NCBI GenBank assembly: GCA_965153355.1
Contig: OZ231126.1
Coordinates: 41,354,001 to 41,418,000 of the forward strand
Source: Flaccisagitta enflata
Taxonomy: Eukaryota
Direction: 5' to 3'
Length of the DNA stretch: 64,000 nt
Positions 26,474 through 42,512 of the stretch are shown here, piece after piece. Below the pieces are notes generated by a model. It did not search any database. It worked only from the letters and a program-made list of their open reading frames with translations, and was not told the origin of the DNA. The position numbers and the translations under genes were made by a program. How positions within the stretch are numbered: the first letter of the stretch is position 1; the number at the start of each line of letters is the position of its first letter.

Positions 26474-27916
26474 CGGTTAGGATTCCCGCTTTAAAATATC
26501 CATAACAAAAAAGAAAAAAAAATTACAGACTTTTGCATGGGGATTTTAAAGTGAAAAAGGCTCTAGAACAAGAATCTGATGTATATTTTGTTTTTAGTTA
26601 AGCAAAAAAATTACTGTATTTTTTCTAATTAGCGCCCTGGGCGCTTCTGAAATTAAAATATGACTTTGCTTTTTAACCCTCCAATTTGCGCCCCTTTTGT
26701 ATCGTACGTGAACTGTTATTCAGTCCATCTTTTTCATGAAAGGCTATCAAAATGCCAAATTTGACTCAAATTGGAGAAATTCATTGCATACATTTGTTTG
26801 AAAGTTAGTGAACATGGCAAATTGTTTTATGCTATTTCATCATTTTACTCAATACTTTTATCCAAATCTTTTCTGAAAAGTGTTATGCAAAGAAAAAAAA
26901 GAGGGGGGGCGCTTGCGTGCTTCGCATAGCAAAAAATTTGATTTTCTTCTCGTCCCGCTAACCCAATATGGAGTGAAAAAAATCATGAAGATGACCGTTT
27001 TCCTTTTCTTAAAATTCCTTCATCTTCCGTTTTTGTTTTGACCTTAAAGTTTACTCAGATTTCCCAGAATTCAGCAAAATCCTGTGTAGTCTTGTTATGA
27101 AAGGAACAATTGTTAGCTTTAGAAAATCATGATTTTTGGAAAAATAAATTAAGATATCAGAGCATAAGTTACTTAAGAGCTTGTGAAAAAGCAGATTAAC
27201 AATTCTTTAAAGAGCAGAAATTTTAAAAAGCTAATTCAAAGAAGATCAGCATACTTTTTTATCCCACTGCAATATACAAATTAAGCTCTCAAAAACAATT
27301 TTCTAAAAAATGGAAGATGGGCGAGTTTTGATAAAAGAAAAACGGTAAGGCTCTTAAAATTGGCCACTCTACATTAGGTAAAGAGGATGAAAAGAAATAA
27401 GCAACTTTTGCTATGTGAAGCACCCAAGGGGGGCGCTAAATAGAAAAAATATGGTAAAAACTTTTTTATAGTTATCTTTTATGATAAAACAATATTAAAG
27501 GAAATACTTTGGACTTAAGTTGCATAGAAACTTAAAGCACCAATTACGATTGTAATTCAGTACAATCTTATGTAGGTTTAAAAGTATAAATATACCAAAA
27601 ATGAAGAAATGATGAAAAAAAACCTGTGTTTAGCTGCTTTTATTTTTGAACAAACTGATTTAAACACCTGGATTGACCTCAAATAACATAAAATTGTTTA
27701 TAGAGTTTTTTTGTAGCTTTGACAATTCTTTGTAAGATGATAATTTTGTTAGCAATTTTCCTTTGTTTGGAATTCCAAAATTTGATATTTTTTGATAGAT
27801 ATTATCAATAAACTTATATATTTCATATTCTTATAAATTCCAAAATACAGTATTTAGTATTATTTAAAAAAAAAAAATTATTTCTAGCACAAAAAAACTA
27901 ATCGGAATCCTGACCG
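26474..27916. mobile_element. Nested TIR elements (outer 26474-27916, middle 26614-27454, inner ~26916-27424)
   Basis: Three concentric inverted-repeat pairs: CGGTYAGGATTCC; TA-flanked CTGTATTTTTTCTAATTAGCGCCC; GTGCTTCRCATAGCAAAA. Confidence 0.6.
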
Positions 27917-28647
27917 TTGATTCTTTCTTTCTTTCTTTCTCTTTTTTTTTCTTTCTTTCTCTCTTTCTTTCATTTTTTTCTTTCTCTTTATCTTTCTTTC
28001 CTTCTTCCCCTCTTTTAGTGTCTGTCTGTGTCTTTCCTTCGTTCTATCTTTCTTTATTTCATTCTGCATTGCTCTCTGTCTTTCTGTCTTCCTTTCTTTT
28101 TTTCCGTACCCACTCATTCATTCACATTCTCAAGACGTTTTCTATCATTAATAACTTTTTCATGTGAATGTTTATGCAAATTGCGCCATTGTGAAATGAG
28201 AGATGATTTCTCTCAGTGGACTTTGAGGGGCGGGGAGAGAAAGAGACAGAAGGGAAGATGAAGGGAAGAAAGAAAATTAGTAGGTTTGTAAGGTTTGTAG
28301 GGTTTTGCTGGTTGACATTTAGTAGTTGGGAGAAGTTGCAAATTAGTGGTGAAATTGTGGGCATCACAAAACATCACAAAAGAAGAAGAAGAAGAAGAAG
28401 AAGAAGAAGAAGAAGAAGAAGAAGAAGAAGAAGAAGAAGAAGAAGAAGAAGAAGAAGAAGAAGAAGAAGAAGAAGAAGAAGAAGAAGAAGAAGAAGATGA
28501 TGATGATGAAAAGAAGAACTAATAGCTGATAGAACGGATAGTTGAAGAAGTAGGAGGAGCGTAAGAGTGATTTTGAGACAATGGAAGGCTAGAAGGAGGT
28601 GGTTTTTCGCGATTGAAGAAGCAGGGAAAAAAGACCGAGTTGGTTGG

Positions 28648-28701
<54 letters not shown>

Positions 28702-28977
28702 GAGGCAAATAAATGGGCAAATGAGCATCGTATGAATAGGAAAGGAATGAATAAATGAATGAGGATGTCATAACTAAGACCATCATCATCATCTTCGGCG
28801 TTGTCGTTGTAGTCATTTGTCTCGAACGTCGTTATTCGTCGTCGTCGTCGTCGTCGTCGTCTTCGTCGTCGCCGTCGTCGTCTTCGTCCTCGTCGGTGTC
28901 ATCTTTGATGGCTCACTCACGACCGTCTAATCGGCCGGCCAAAAGGGAAAAATGACAAGGATCACTTTCAAAACGAG

Positions 28978-29080
<103 letters not shown>

Positions 29081-29779
29081 AATGAATGACAGACAGACCA
29101 ACACACATAAAAACTAAAATTACAAATTGTGGAGAGACTGAAAGCGGAGGGAGAAACTAACTTTTGCAGCAACGGAAGAAACTTGACCGGACACAATTCG
29201 CACAAATGCTGTTTATTGCTCTAACGACTCACAGTCTCACACTCGATACCTTGTACCTGGTGTAGCGCGTCGTAGAATCAAAGTTCACACATCGAAAAAT
29301 AAGCAATGAAAATTTAGGACGCTCATCAGCCTCAGGAGGTCAGACGACCGACGGAGCGACCGTGAAGACGATCAAGTCGAAAACAAATGCTAGAAAGGGA
29401 CTTCCCTAATCCCTTCTATTATCATATCATCATTCCATTTTTTCTGCCTTGCAATCGTCATAATCGTTGTCATCCTCGTCGTCGAATTAGTGGACGTCAC
29501 TTTCATCAGCTGTCACCGCGCTGCCGTAACCACACCGCGCTCCTCGTTCTATCTTTAACTATTAGGTTTACTCCCTTTCTCACGCGTTTGAAAAATGCTG
29601 CGACTGATGCTGCCTCAGCATTCTAGAGGCGCTTGTCGCTGCTCTTACTGTTGCTGCTGCTGCTGCAGAATCTTGTCCTCCCGCAGCGCGCGCTTTATGA
29701 GGCGCGCTCAAAGGAAGATCAAGTCATCATCGGAGATCATTAGAGCCAAGCGGTGAAAATGACTTCCCGCCCGAGAGAG

Positions 29780-29954
<175 letters not shown>

Positions 29955-30605
29955 AAATTGTTCTCTAACACTGTCTGTTTTTGTTTGTCTATGTTGTGTA
30001 TCTGCCTATAGTTGAAGGTGAACGGAGTCAGATCGTTAACTTAGTTGCTTCATAAGTATTGAACTGTGGCAGTGTGATGGTAGAACGAAATGAAATAGAT
30101 ATATGTATGGAATCTTGACAGCAGGGAACTTATTAGTTATCACCGCTGCTCGGTCTATCTTTTTTTACTGTGTTTGTCCCCGACTCTTTCACTGTCTCTG
30201 TTTAAGTCTATGTCCCTACCTAGATACCCTTTTGTCCTTGTCTCTGTGCTGTCGCGATGACGGTATCGCTGAAAATATCGTCTGTCTAGAGCTTTACTTT
30301 GTGCGTGGGAGTTCTTCTCGCTCTTTCCATCTCTATGCTATCAACGCTTTACTCCTTCCAACCAATCCGTTGCGAATCTTATTTAGGATTGCCGCTCTTT
30401 ACTGATAGAAAAATTGGAATGAGTTTTTTTCTCTCTCCCTCCTCAAACGCGTGATGGAAAACAATGAGTCGGAAATGACGTAAAGAAATGGACGGTAGAA
30501 GAACCCGATAAAGACAATTTGTCGGGGAAACGAAAAAGAGAAAATTTCTTTATGAAACGTTGAAAGAAAGAAACCGATTAAATCATGCCATCGAATTCCA
30601 AGAAA

Positions 30606-30703
30606 ATGACATTCAATCTCGTCGTCGCGGCTTTCCTTCTCTCACTCGGAATCGAACAAGTCTTCGGCCGTCAAACACTTGCCAAGCGTTTCGCCGCCCT
30701 CAG
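30606..30703 (+). CDS. Nested secreted-protein gene, exon 1 (signal peptide)
   Basis: AAAATG start; MTFNLVVAAFLLSLGIEQVFG-RQTLAKRFAAL(R); AG|GTCCTC donor (weak consensus), phase 2, matching exon 2. Confidence 0.7.
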
Positions 30704-30885
30704 GTCCTCAGCCTTTCTCTGGCCGTCCTTTATCTTTTACGCGCTTATGGCAGACTTACCGACCGACTTAAGCATCCGTAACGTAACGGGAAGGATTCAA
30801 TTCCACATCGATATCGATATCGATAAATAAAAAGAAATAGTCTAAGTTGATTAGTATAAAACACCCTTTTTCCACCCTCTTATAG

Positions 30886-31090
30886 ACAAGCTGACGTTGC
30901 CCGACAAGCTGACGGCAATATGCAATTCAAGAAAGGTGTTCGTGGCGAATGTTTCGAGACTTATTTGTCACTGGAGGACGACGCGAAGGAGGAAGCCAAG
31001 AAAGTCATGTACGAAATGGAAGGATGGCACGAACTCGCCAAAATAGACGGAAACTGGAGAATTATTTTAGACGCTGTCGCACAATTCGAG
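30886..31090 (+). CDS. Nested secreted-protein gene, exon 2
   Basis: Polypyrimidine-TAG| acceptor, GAG|GTAGCG donor, phase 2 to 0; QADVARQADGNMQFKKGVRGECFETYLSLE...AVAQFE. Confidence 0.8.
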
Positions 31091-31105
31091 GTAGCGCACG
31101 CGAGT

Positions 31106-31151
<46 letters not shown>

Positions 31152-31206
31152 GACAGACAGACAGACAGACAGACAGATATGAGGTTAGTCAGTCAGACAG
31201 ACAGTC

Positions 31207-31323
<117 letters not shown>

Positions 31324-31330
31324 GACAGAC

Positions 31331-31367
<37 letters not shown>

Positions 31368-31663
31368 TATGAGGTTAGTCAGTCAGACAGACAGTCAGTC
31401 AGTCAGACAGACATTCAGCCAAACAGACATACAGATACAAGAGACAGAGACAGCGACGAGAGATAGACGTAGACGCAGCACTTAAATATTTAAATGATAG
31501 TAGTTGTACACACGCACAACTCGAGATAAAAAAGAGGTAATCCGAGAGAAGTACATTTAACTTTGGAAAAAAAAACTTTGCTTAGTCATCATTAGAGCCT
31601 CATCTACACGTTTTAAAGTATACATTATAAATTAAAGATTTTGGATTATAAATTATACCTCAG

Positions 31664-31764
31664 GCCAACAACGAAAAAAACCCCAAAGTCATAGAAAAAT
31701 CTACGTCACTGGAGAAAGAGAACCCAATTCAAGTAGAAGTAACGGAAATAAAGACATACCAAAG
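31664..31764 (+). CDS. Nested secreted-protein gene, exon 3
   Basis: CCTCAG| acceptor, AG|GTGATG donor, phase 0 to 2; ANNEKNPKVIEKSTSLEKENPIQVEVTEIKTYQ(R). Confidence 0.72.
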
Positions 31765-31767
31765 GTG

Positions 31768-31992
<225 letters not shown>

Positions 31993-32056
31993 GCCCAGTG
32001 TTTGTGAATTTTATGATAAGAAATTACTGGATGTAATTTTGATCGGATTTTCTTAG

Positions 32057-32216
32057 GGAAATGACCAAACAAATGCTGAAAGTTGTGAAATTGGCGGAAA
32101 AAGAGAAGTACGTGCAAGCATTTACGAGCCTCGACTTTATCGGGAAGAAGGAGCTGCCCTGTGTCAAAGCGATCCAAGAATCTTACGCCTCCAAATACCC
32201 CAACTTGCTACAAGAG
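32057..32216 (+). CDS. Nested secreted-protein gene, exon 4
   Basis: TTTTCTTAG| acceptor, GAG|GTAGGG donor, phase 2 to 0; EMTKQMLKVVKLAEKEKYVQAFTSLDFIGKKELPCVKAIQESYASKYPNLLQE. Confidence 0.78.
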
Positions 32217-32389
32217 GTAGGGTAGCAAAAATCATCTCACCGTCCATTGATAAATCATCTCTTAACTGATGTGAAGGGACTAACAAACTCGAATAAGTCG
32301 GATTTTTTCTCATGAAAAATGGGACAATATCCCTCACTATACCCAAACTGAAATAATTGGAGGAGGGCCTTGTAAACCATCACTAACTA

Positions 32390-34807
32390 GGATAGAGTGG
32401 GGTAAAATGGGTCAGCGGGGTAAAATGGGTCACCTAACTTATTTTTTAAAAAATAGCCATCATTTGTTGAAATGAAGCAATTTTTGCTTCTGGTCTGGGG
32501 AATAGGATGCCATATCCTCCTCCAAGAAAGATAATTTCCCCTTGTTTGTAATATTTTGATGCATTGTGAAATTAAATAGTAAATTGATGAAAATTGTTCG
32601 TCGCTAGGCATAAAACCAACTTCTTGTTTCCATGGAGACCAAATAGAGGAAGAAAGCAATTACCCACTGCCTACGTACAACGGATTGATGGTTAAACGTG
32701 GGCAATAATAGTTTTCCGTTTTTATGTATAATTAGCTAAAAAATTAATTTTTAGTAATGTGGGGTAAGATGGGTCACCAGGCCATGCTAAAATCATGAAA
32801 TTTTCATCAAAATGCTGAAATAAGCTTGTTATCCAATCTCATGGGTCAGAGTAAGTGAGCATCAGCTTATTCCCGCCCTGAACATCTTGTTCCATTTTTT
32901 TTAAAGACTTTTATAATAGGCAAGTGTCACGCTTTGGCAGCAAGCAAGGGTGCCCGACTCTCCAACATCTTAAGAGTAACCAGGCTTGAGCTATGGCTTT
33001 GAACTATGAATCAATGGTTTGATATCATCCCTAACAGTCAGGTGTACATTGTCGAACCTATTTTTGAGACACTCGTGACCCCTAGGGGTCCCTTAATTAG
33101 GGTCAAATGGTCAAATTTGGCTTGTCTCCTGCTTGTCTCCACATAAAAAGTGCAAGCAGAATGTCTAAATGGACTGTATCATGACTCTTTATCATTTATT
33201 ATTAATCACTTGAAACGTACAAAAAATTTGTTTGAGCTCCGTTGACAATAAGTTCCTTAAAAACGGTTTTCTAGGGTTTAGTACACCCTCTCTATTTTTG
33301 AGCAAATTTTCACTCAGATCACAGTATAATAATTATCATTTTTTTAAACTTAACTTTGCTTCATAGTCAAGCATATTATGTTTGTTTGTCTGAAAGACAA
33401 CTACTTGAAGGGCATATTTCCCAAATTTCATGTTTCCAAGTGGCTCCAAAGCGGCTCAATTGCATTTTTTCTAGAGCGTATCAATTCGCGCACACCCCCA
33501 AACTTGATCCTAACGCATACCTAACGCTTTAAATATGCCACTATAGTGTGAAAATGAAACAATTCACATAAAATCTGACCGCACCATGTGAAAGATCGTG
33601 AAATTTTGATTCTCCTCTGATAATTTGGAATCTTAACTCTCAGGCATTTCGTCACAATGAAATTTTACATTTTGTTGGTCCTGAAGTGTGAACAGAATTG
33701 ATACGCTCATTGACGGCTCATCGTAGTTAATTCTTTGTTTCCACACAGCGCTCCTCACACAAATGCGCGATGCTTTTGTGTCTTAATTTGATAAAATTTC
33801 TTAAAATTAAAATTGGCATATCTCAGGAACTGTTTGAGCTAGCCCATTGAAATTTTGCATGGTTGATACCTAGACCAAGAGGGTCTTTTGCTTAAATTCT
33901 GATGCGACCTACAGAATGTCAAGCAGTCCAACCAGACCAACCAGCCTACCAGATGAAAAAATGGCATAACTTCTAAAGTAATTGTCCGATTTGGTTGAAA
34001 TTTTTCATGAATCTTCCTTTAAAGATTCCTCGTCACTGACATAAAAAAGAGCTTGGGGAAAAAATATTTTCTTCCGACAGCCCACCCAGCCAGAAATGGT
34101 ACTTATAGAGATTTTTTTAAAAAACTAAAAAAATTCTAAAAAATTTCAGAAACATGATCTCACATGTTTGCTTGAACCATATCAATAAGAATTTCACTGT
34201 CATATTGATTTCTTAGTTGCATTTAGCTAAATTTTCTAGTAATGAAATTGCCAACAATATCTATTTAAGCCTAATTTGCATGAAAATTGAGCTTACTTAA
34301 GAAAATCCAAGTATGGATTCATATGTAAGAATAGGTAAGCTACATGATGACGTATGGTTTTGTTCAATATTCAAACATGTAAATTTGATGAATTTCATCC
34401 CGTCCATGGTCGGGTTAGCGTGACACAAGCCAATATAAGAATAATGATTTGATGCTAAACTGTTATTTTCAAAAAACTTATCACAAAACCAAATATTTTT
34501 TGCATAAAAATACTTTTTTTAGCTCAATTTATATGTTTGGTCACTCGTTTTTAACTAATGCGTTGTAACTCCTCACTGGGAATCAAGTAATGGTCAATAT
34601 TTTTCAAAAAAAGGTAGGTCACCTACTCGTCTTTAAAAAAGGGGGGTTGCCAGCCTCGCTTATCTTTTGGAGGCAATTTTCTTTTTTGTGGAAGTAGAGA
34701 AAACACACATTGTCCATAATCAATCATAAAATTCTTCATTTTTATAAATAATAAGGAAATATTAAAACATTAATCGAAAAAGTGACCCATTTTACCCCAC
34801 TTCACCC
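32390..34807. mobile_element. TA-flanked non-autonomous DNA transposon (Tc1/mariner/pogo-like), ~2.4 kb
   Basis: Inverted termini sharing AGTGGGGTAAAATGGGTCA, TA on both sides, internal copies of the terminal motif (~32417, ~32759); no ORF. Confidence 0.7.
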
Positions 34808-34934
34808 TAGTCAATACGCGCACCACTCCTAGTTTTCCATAAAACAGAATGTTCAACCTTCTCTCCCCTTCTTAATTTTCATCTCCGCTGCCATTCTGTC
34901 TCCCCCTTCCTCGCGCTGTCTGTGTCTCTTTCTT

Positions 34935-35026
<92 letters not shown>

Positions 35027-35031
35027 TTTGT

Positions 35032-35169
<138 letters not shown>

Positions 35170-35190
35170 CACACACATATGCATATACAG

Positions 35191-35379
35191 AAACAATCGA
35201 ACGACTTGAAAACGGAAACTGACAGCGAATTGGAAACGGCAAAGAACACGATGAAATCGATGATCGATGAATACGGCAAGAAGGTGGACAAGCTTCTGAA
35301 TGACGCGACCACTAACAGTGAAACTAGCTCTTACGTCAAAGCCATCCAGGGAGCAGCCGCAAACGGCAAGAGTACTTAG
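35191..35379 (+). CDS. Nested secreted-protein gene, terminal exon 5
   Basis: TACAG| acceptor after (CT)n, phase 0; KQSNDLKTETDSELETAKNTMKSMIDEYGKKVDKLLNDA...GKST*; AATAAA at 35955. Confidence 0.78.
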   Translation, partial: KQSNDLKTETDSELETAKNTMKSMIDEYGKKVDKLLNDATTNSETSSYVKAIQGAAANGKST

Positions 35380-35816
35380 GGATTGTGACAGGAGGGGGAG
35401 AAGATGGAGGTGGTCAGGTGGAGGAGGGCCTGTAAAACTGAAGAGGAGTAAGAAGATGAGGAGGAGCAGAAGAAAGAAAAGAAATGGACATGTTCGCCAG
35501 TTTACATTGAGACGAGCCCGAGAAAGACTGGAGTGTTTACAGACAACAGCTTGGGAACGGGTTAAAATTGCGGGGATAGGGGGAGTAGGGGTTTTGCTAC
35601 TTCGGCGTGTGTCTGTGTAGAAGGTCGAGGATGAAAGAGGAAGAGAGGAGGAGACTTTGGAGGTGAAAAAGACGAGGAATATGATTTCCCTTTCCCAAAA
35701 TGTTAGATTCGACAAATCTTTCAAAAATCAACTAAAAACTTTCACGCATCCGCGCGCACGCGTGATTTTCCCACGTGATTTGAGCGTCTTCACTTCATCA
35801 TTGCTCGCGTGCACTT

Positions 35817-35893
<77 letters not shown>

Positions 35894-36419
35894 ATCACTT
35901 CGCACGCGTTCGCGCGCCAGTGCATTCGGTAAATTTGGTTTCGTCTACACTACAAATAAAAATTCATAATTCGCAGTTGGTTCCAAAATATTTGAAAAAA
36001 AATTCAGATCGTTTTTCAAAAAAAATTTTAATGCTGAGACGGAACTTGGTTTTCCGGCCTTGGCTAATCAACAATCGTCGAACTAGCTTTTGAAGAGAGG
36101 GGGAGAGAGAGAGAGAGAGAGAGGTTGTGCGATTTCGAGATATAATGAGGGTTCATCCTTTGTAAACTGAAGTTACTCATCGTGAGGTCTTTTAGTTTCG
36201 TTTAAATAAACACGAACGTGTTAAAAACAAATCGAAGCCATTTTCTTTTCGATTCACTTTGAATTTGAAGTGCACAAAGATGCCAAGAAAATAAACCTCA
36301 CTCACATTATGGTTTCATCTTTTTATTATTTCTTTTTCTCACTCACATCAACAATGACAATGCTCACACTGATAAAGTGGCAATTCTAATCCCACTAATC
36401 TTACGACTCAAGTCTTCTA

Positions 36420-37925
<1,506 letters not shown>

Positions 37926-38722
37926 CTATGTCCTGACTGTGTCACTAGATTTCGCGCTGGGCTGGAATGTTTGACATGGATCTTAGAGGGACAGATGTCA
38001 GATGGAAGGACAAACAGATTTTGAAAAAGACCATCGAACGAGACCTTAAAGATAGTTTTAGTCTGTGTGCGACATTGCCGCGGCCATAAAGGGTCGAAAA
38101 GTACGAGCGTTACGGACTTCCAGTTGCCAACAGACAGATGGATGGACCGACGGATAGATAGACCGACGGATAGATGGACCAATTGTCAGAGGGGCAGACC
38201 CTCAAGTACAAACAAAACAAGGTCATGTTATCGCCAATATGCACGCCTCGCTGATAAAGAAAGAACGAATGGGCTTTTTGAGGAATGAACGTTTTGAATG
38301 AATGAATTATTGCATGAGTGAATGGACGACTGAATGACGATGAAAGTGTGACATCGGAATCTGTTTTGCGCGGTTTTAACGTCTGCGTGACGGAATTACG
38401 GACCGACCAACCGATCAACGGACAGACATGATATCTTATAGATGTAGTTGGACGCACATGAAAAAAAAATCAAGGAAACTATCATCAAGACATGGTGGAT
38501 AAAAAAAACAAGTTCAAAAACCTAATGCACAGTGATTAGTTACGCTAATATGCATAATGCTGTGAAAGCAGTTTCGGTATTGAAATGGCCAGAAGCTTGG
38601 CTACGTTCACTCATTTGAACGTGAAGCAATGAATGATAAAAGTAGAAAATCATTTGATAGACGAAAGAGAAAGAGGAATTTTATCAAGCTCGGAGGTGAG
38701 CCGGTAAGACGAGATAGTACAC

Positions 38723-39132
38723 CACACTGCCCCAAATCCCACCACCACGAAAAATAAATACCTGTCACCCCCCAATCACCCCCTCATCACCACCAATTCA
38801 CCTACACACTGCCCCAAATCCCACCACCACGAAAAATAAATACCTGTCACCCCCCAATCACCCCCTCATCACCACCAATTCACCTACACACTGCCCCAAA
38901 TCCCACCACCACGAAAAATAAATACCTGTCACCCCCCAATCACCCCCTCATCACCACCAATTCACCTACACACTGCCCCAAATCCCACCACCACGAAAAA
39001 TAAATACCTGTCACCCCCCAATCACCCCCTCATCACCACCAATTCACCTACACACTGCCCCAAATCCCACCACCACGAAAAATAAATACCTGTCACCCCC
39101 CAATCACCCCCTCATCACCACCAATTCACCTA
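38723..39132. repeat. 82-bp tandem array, 5 copies
   Basis: Unit starting CACACTGCCCCAAATCCCACCACC at 38723, 38805, 38887, 38969 and 39051. Confidence 0.95.
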
Positions 39133-40449
39133 TATCCATAGACCCCTCATTATTTGCCCCTCCCTTTTATTGTTCCGTTGACCAAATCACAGCTCCACTA
39201 CACGTACTTGTTATTGTTACATTTTGTTACTAAACGTACTTGTTTTTGCTACATTTCACAGCAACAAAATAGTATGAATGCTGAATACCAAATTGGCCCG
39301 TACGCTTTTGAGTAACAACCTTCTTTATAACAAAGTTGAGGCTCAAAATGTAAAACAAGGCCGGATGCACGGCCACCAGTTGCGGGAGGGGTGGGCAGGG
39401 GCGGAAATGCGCGTTTTCCCACTTTTCAACTTGAGCGTGACGGACCGACCAACCAACCGACCAACCGACTGACGGACGGACAAAGCCTCTTACAGAGTTA
39501 CGTGTCCGCAACTAAAAAATAAGAATATCTCTAGCAGTATTGTCAGCCTCAGAAAACTAAAAATATAAAAATATTTCAGCCTCATGTCCAACCAATAACA
39601 ACTTTTCCTTTAGATTCTCTATAATTTCCGTTGCCTGCAATTGTAACATGCGGCGGTTTCATAGAAGAGGTAGCTTTTACTTCTGGATTTTAGTTATAAC
39701 AACATTTTGTTCCTGATTTTGAATGGTTGCTCTCCTTTATTTCATTCCTACCCTAGAGGCTAGTTCCCTTTCATTCCAGAGAAAGCAGCGAAATGATAGT
39801 ACAGAAACAAGGCCGGATACACGGCCACCAGTTGCGGACGGGTGGGCAGGGGCGTTTTCCCATTTTTTAAACTCGAGCGTGACGGACAGACGGACGGACC
39901 AACGGACCAACAGACCGACGGACGGACAAAGCCTCTTATAGAGTTGCGTGTCTGCAACTAAATAAAACAACAGTTTAGCAACGGTTTGAGCCTCATATTG
40001 TCATTCAAATAACAACATTGAGCCTCAGAAACAACATAACTACGGCCCGGCCTACGTGCCATATTCTACGATGAAACAAGAATACAAGACTGCAAGTAAT
40101 GGAATTCCGTCTATGGTGACTGGACAGGTAGCAGAGCCCTTAGATCTGCTCCATCATCATGATCATATTAACGGTGTGTAAACTTAAGCGCGCGCGCGTG
40201 TGTGTGTATCTATGTGTGCGCGCGTTTTCGTGTGAATTTTCGTGTAATTAAGTCGTGTCTAACTGTCATCCACTGAAGTTCTGAACTCTTTTATTCTCTC
40301 AGTCTCTCAGTCTAAGCAAACATTTCCATTGTTCATTTGGCCGCGAAAATCACCGCTTGATTTGAATTTAACGAGCAAAGTGTTTACATCTCAATGAGAG
40401 AAGGTTTTGCCTTACTCCTTTTCCCAAGGAAAAGCAATGGGAATTGGCG

Positions 40450-40495
<46 letters not shown>

Positions 40496-40880
40496 TTAAA
40501 GAGTAAGAGAAAGAGAAAGAGAAAGAGTGAGAGAGAGAGAGAGGCAAGAACAGACAGACTGGGACAGAACGTAAGAGAGGAAGAAAAGAATGAAAGAGAG
40601 AAGCCAGAGGCAGAGAGCAGAAAAGAGGTTGATAGTAGGACAGAAACTTAGACAGCGGCCTAGCGGACAAGCAGACGCTGATGGACGGACAAACAGACAG
40701 ACAAGTAGGCAGACAGACAGAAAAGACAGAAACAGATAGAACAGACACAGCAAACAGAAACTGCGACCAAAAGAGATTGCGACGGAGAAAAATAGAATAG
40801 GGAATGAGACAGAGAAAGAATAATGGTATGCGGCCGCGTTTGTTAGCGTGTTGACGCGGCGCTCATTACGTCGGAGCAAC

Positions 40881-40980
<100 letters not shown>

Positions 40981-42512
40981 GTCTTAATGAGGGTTTACCT
41001 TGATTGCCCACCAGAGGGATTTCGCCCGTGAATGGAGAACAAGGATGAGGCGGGGGAGGAGGAAGAGGAAGAGGAGGATGAGGAGAAAAGTGAGGCTTTG
41101 CTGGCCAACGAGGAAGAAGCGTGGAAGAGGAGAGGATGTTGATGCATGAGGGAATGATGATGATGAGGAGGAAGTGGAGACACGCGTCCCGCTGGAGTAT
41201 CCAGGCCTGGAAAAAAAAAGAAAAAGGTGGAGGGGGGTGTTCAAAGAAGGATGCAGGGAAGACAGGTGGCAATATGTTTGCAAGGGGAATGTAAGCAGGA
41301 GGAGTTTGGAGACGGGGTGGTTAGGGGGATGTGATCACAAAGAGGAAGGTGTTTGATTTCCCTTTTCATTTTATGGGGGTGCTGGGAAAAAAATGAAGAA
41401 TCAGAGAAGATAGAGGAGGAGGAGAAGAGAAAAAAATGAGGAAGAAGGGAAGGGGGAGAGAGGAAGGGGGAAGACGAGGAAGAGGGGGAGCAGAGAGTGA
41501 ATGAATTAACGATCAGCGAGTTGATGGAACGCAAATGAAGGAGCTAATAAAAGTTTGAGGTAAAAAGTAGATCAACGACGGAAAATGATTGTCGTTAATC
41601 GTTCATCTGTCCCTTAATTTAGGCCAGTCGTCCGTCCGTGATTCAGACCGCTCGCTCGTCTGACTGTAGTTCAAGGCCTGTTTTCTCTGTCTGTCCGTAT
41701 TTCACTCGCCCGTCTGTTCGTTCTTCTGTAGAGTTATTCGTCCATTCGCAATTAAGGCTTTTTGTCCTCAATTCCGGCCGGTCGGCTGATTTTCAGTCGG
41801 TATTATATCACTGGGTAATCATTCACGTTCGTCAGTATGTCCGCATCACCGGCCGGTTACCATTATATGCCATCATATGCCTTGTGGTAACGGCCATAAT
41901 CAAAAACGAGCTGGAACAATCAGTGATAGGAGAGAAATATGTGATATGAGGGGATGTGAGAGATGGGACATGCGGGACAGAATGGGAAATGGGAATGGGA
42001 ATGAGAAAGGTAGAGAGGTAGAAAGGTAGAAAGGATGCGAGGGGGAAAGATGGACGAAAGGCGAAGTAACAGGAAACTGTCATGCCACAATAATTTTCCC
42101 CCCGTTTCGAAGATGAAACACATTTTACGCACAGAATCACCCTCCGTGTTGTAATGTTGGCGATAAATTTCGAATTCTGTCTACTTATTGGATACTCTGG
42201 TCACCTGTAGGCACCACGAGATGTAATACAAAAAAATGACATCATCTTCTGCTCCCCACTTTTTAGTCGCGGACAAGCGACTCCAGTCACTCTACACCTT
42301 GCCGTGTCGGTCGGTACGGATATAAGTCACATTTCTGACTTGCGAGCGGTTATCGCATTACTGCTCCTGCCCAACCGTCCGCGACTAGATTGCCGTGTAT
42401 CCTGCCTTGATTTTGTACTTCTTTCATCGCTTATGAAATGTTTATATTCACACATGAAAATGTGTAGCACAATGAACAATTATCAATTATCTAAGTTAGT
42501 GCATTACATAAA

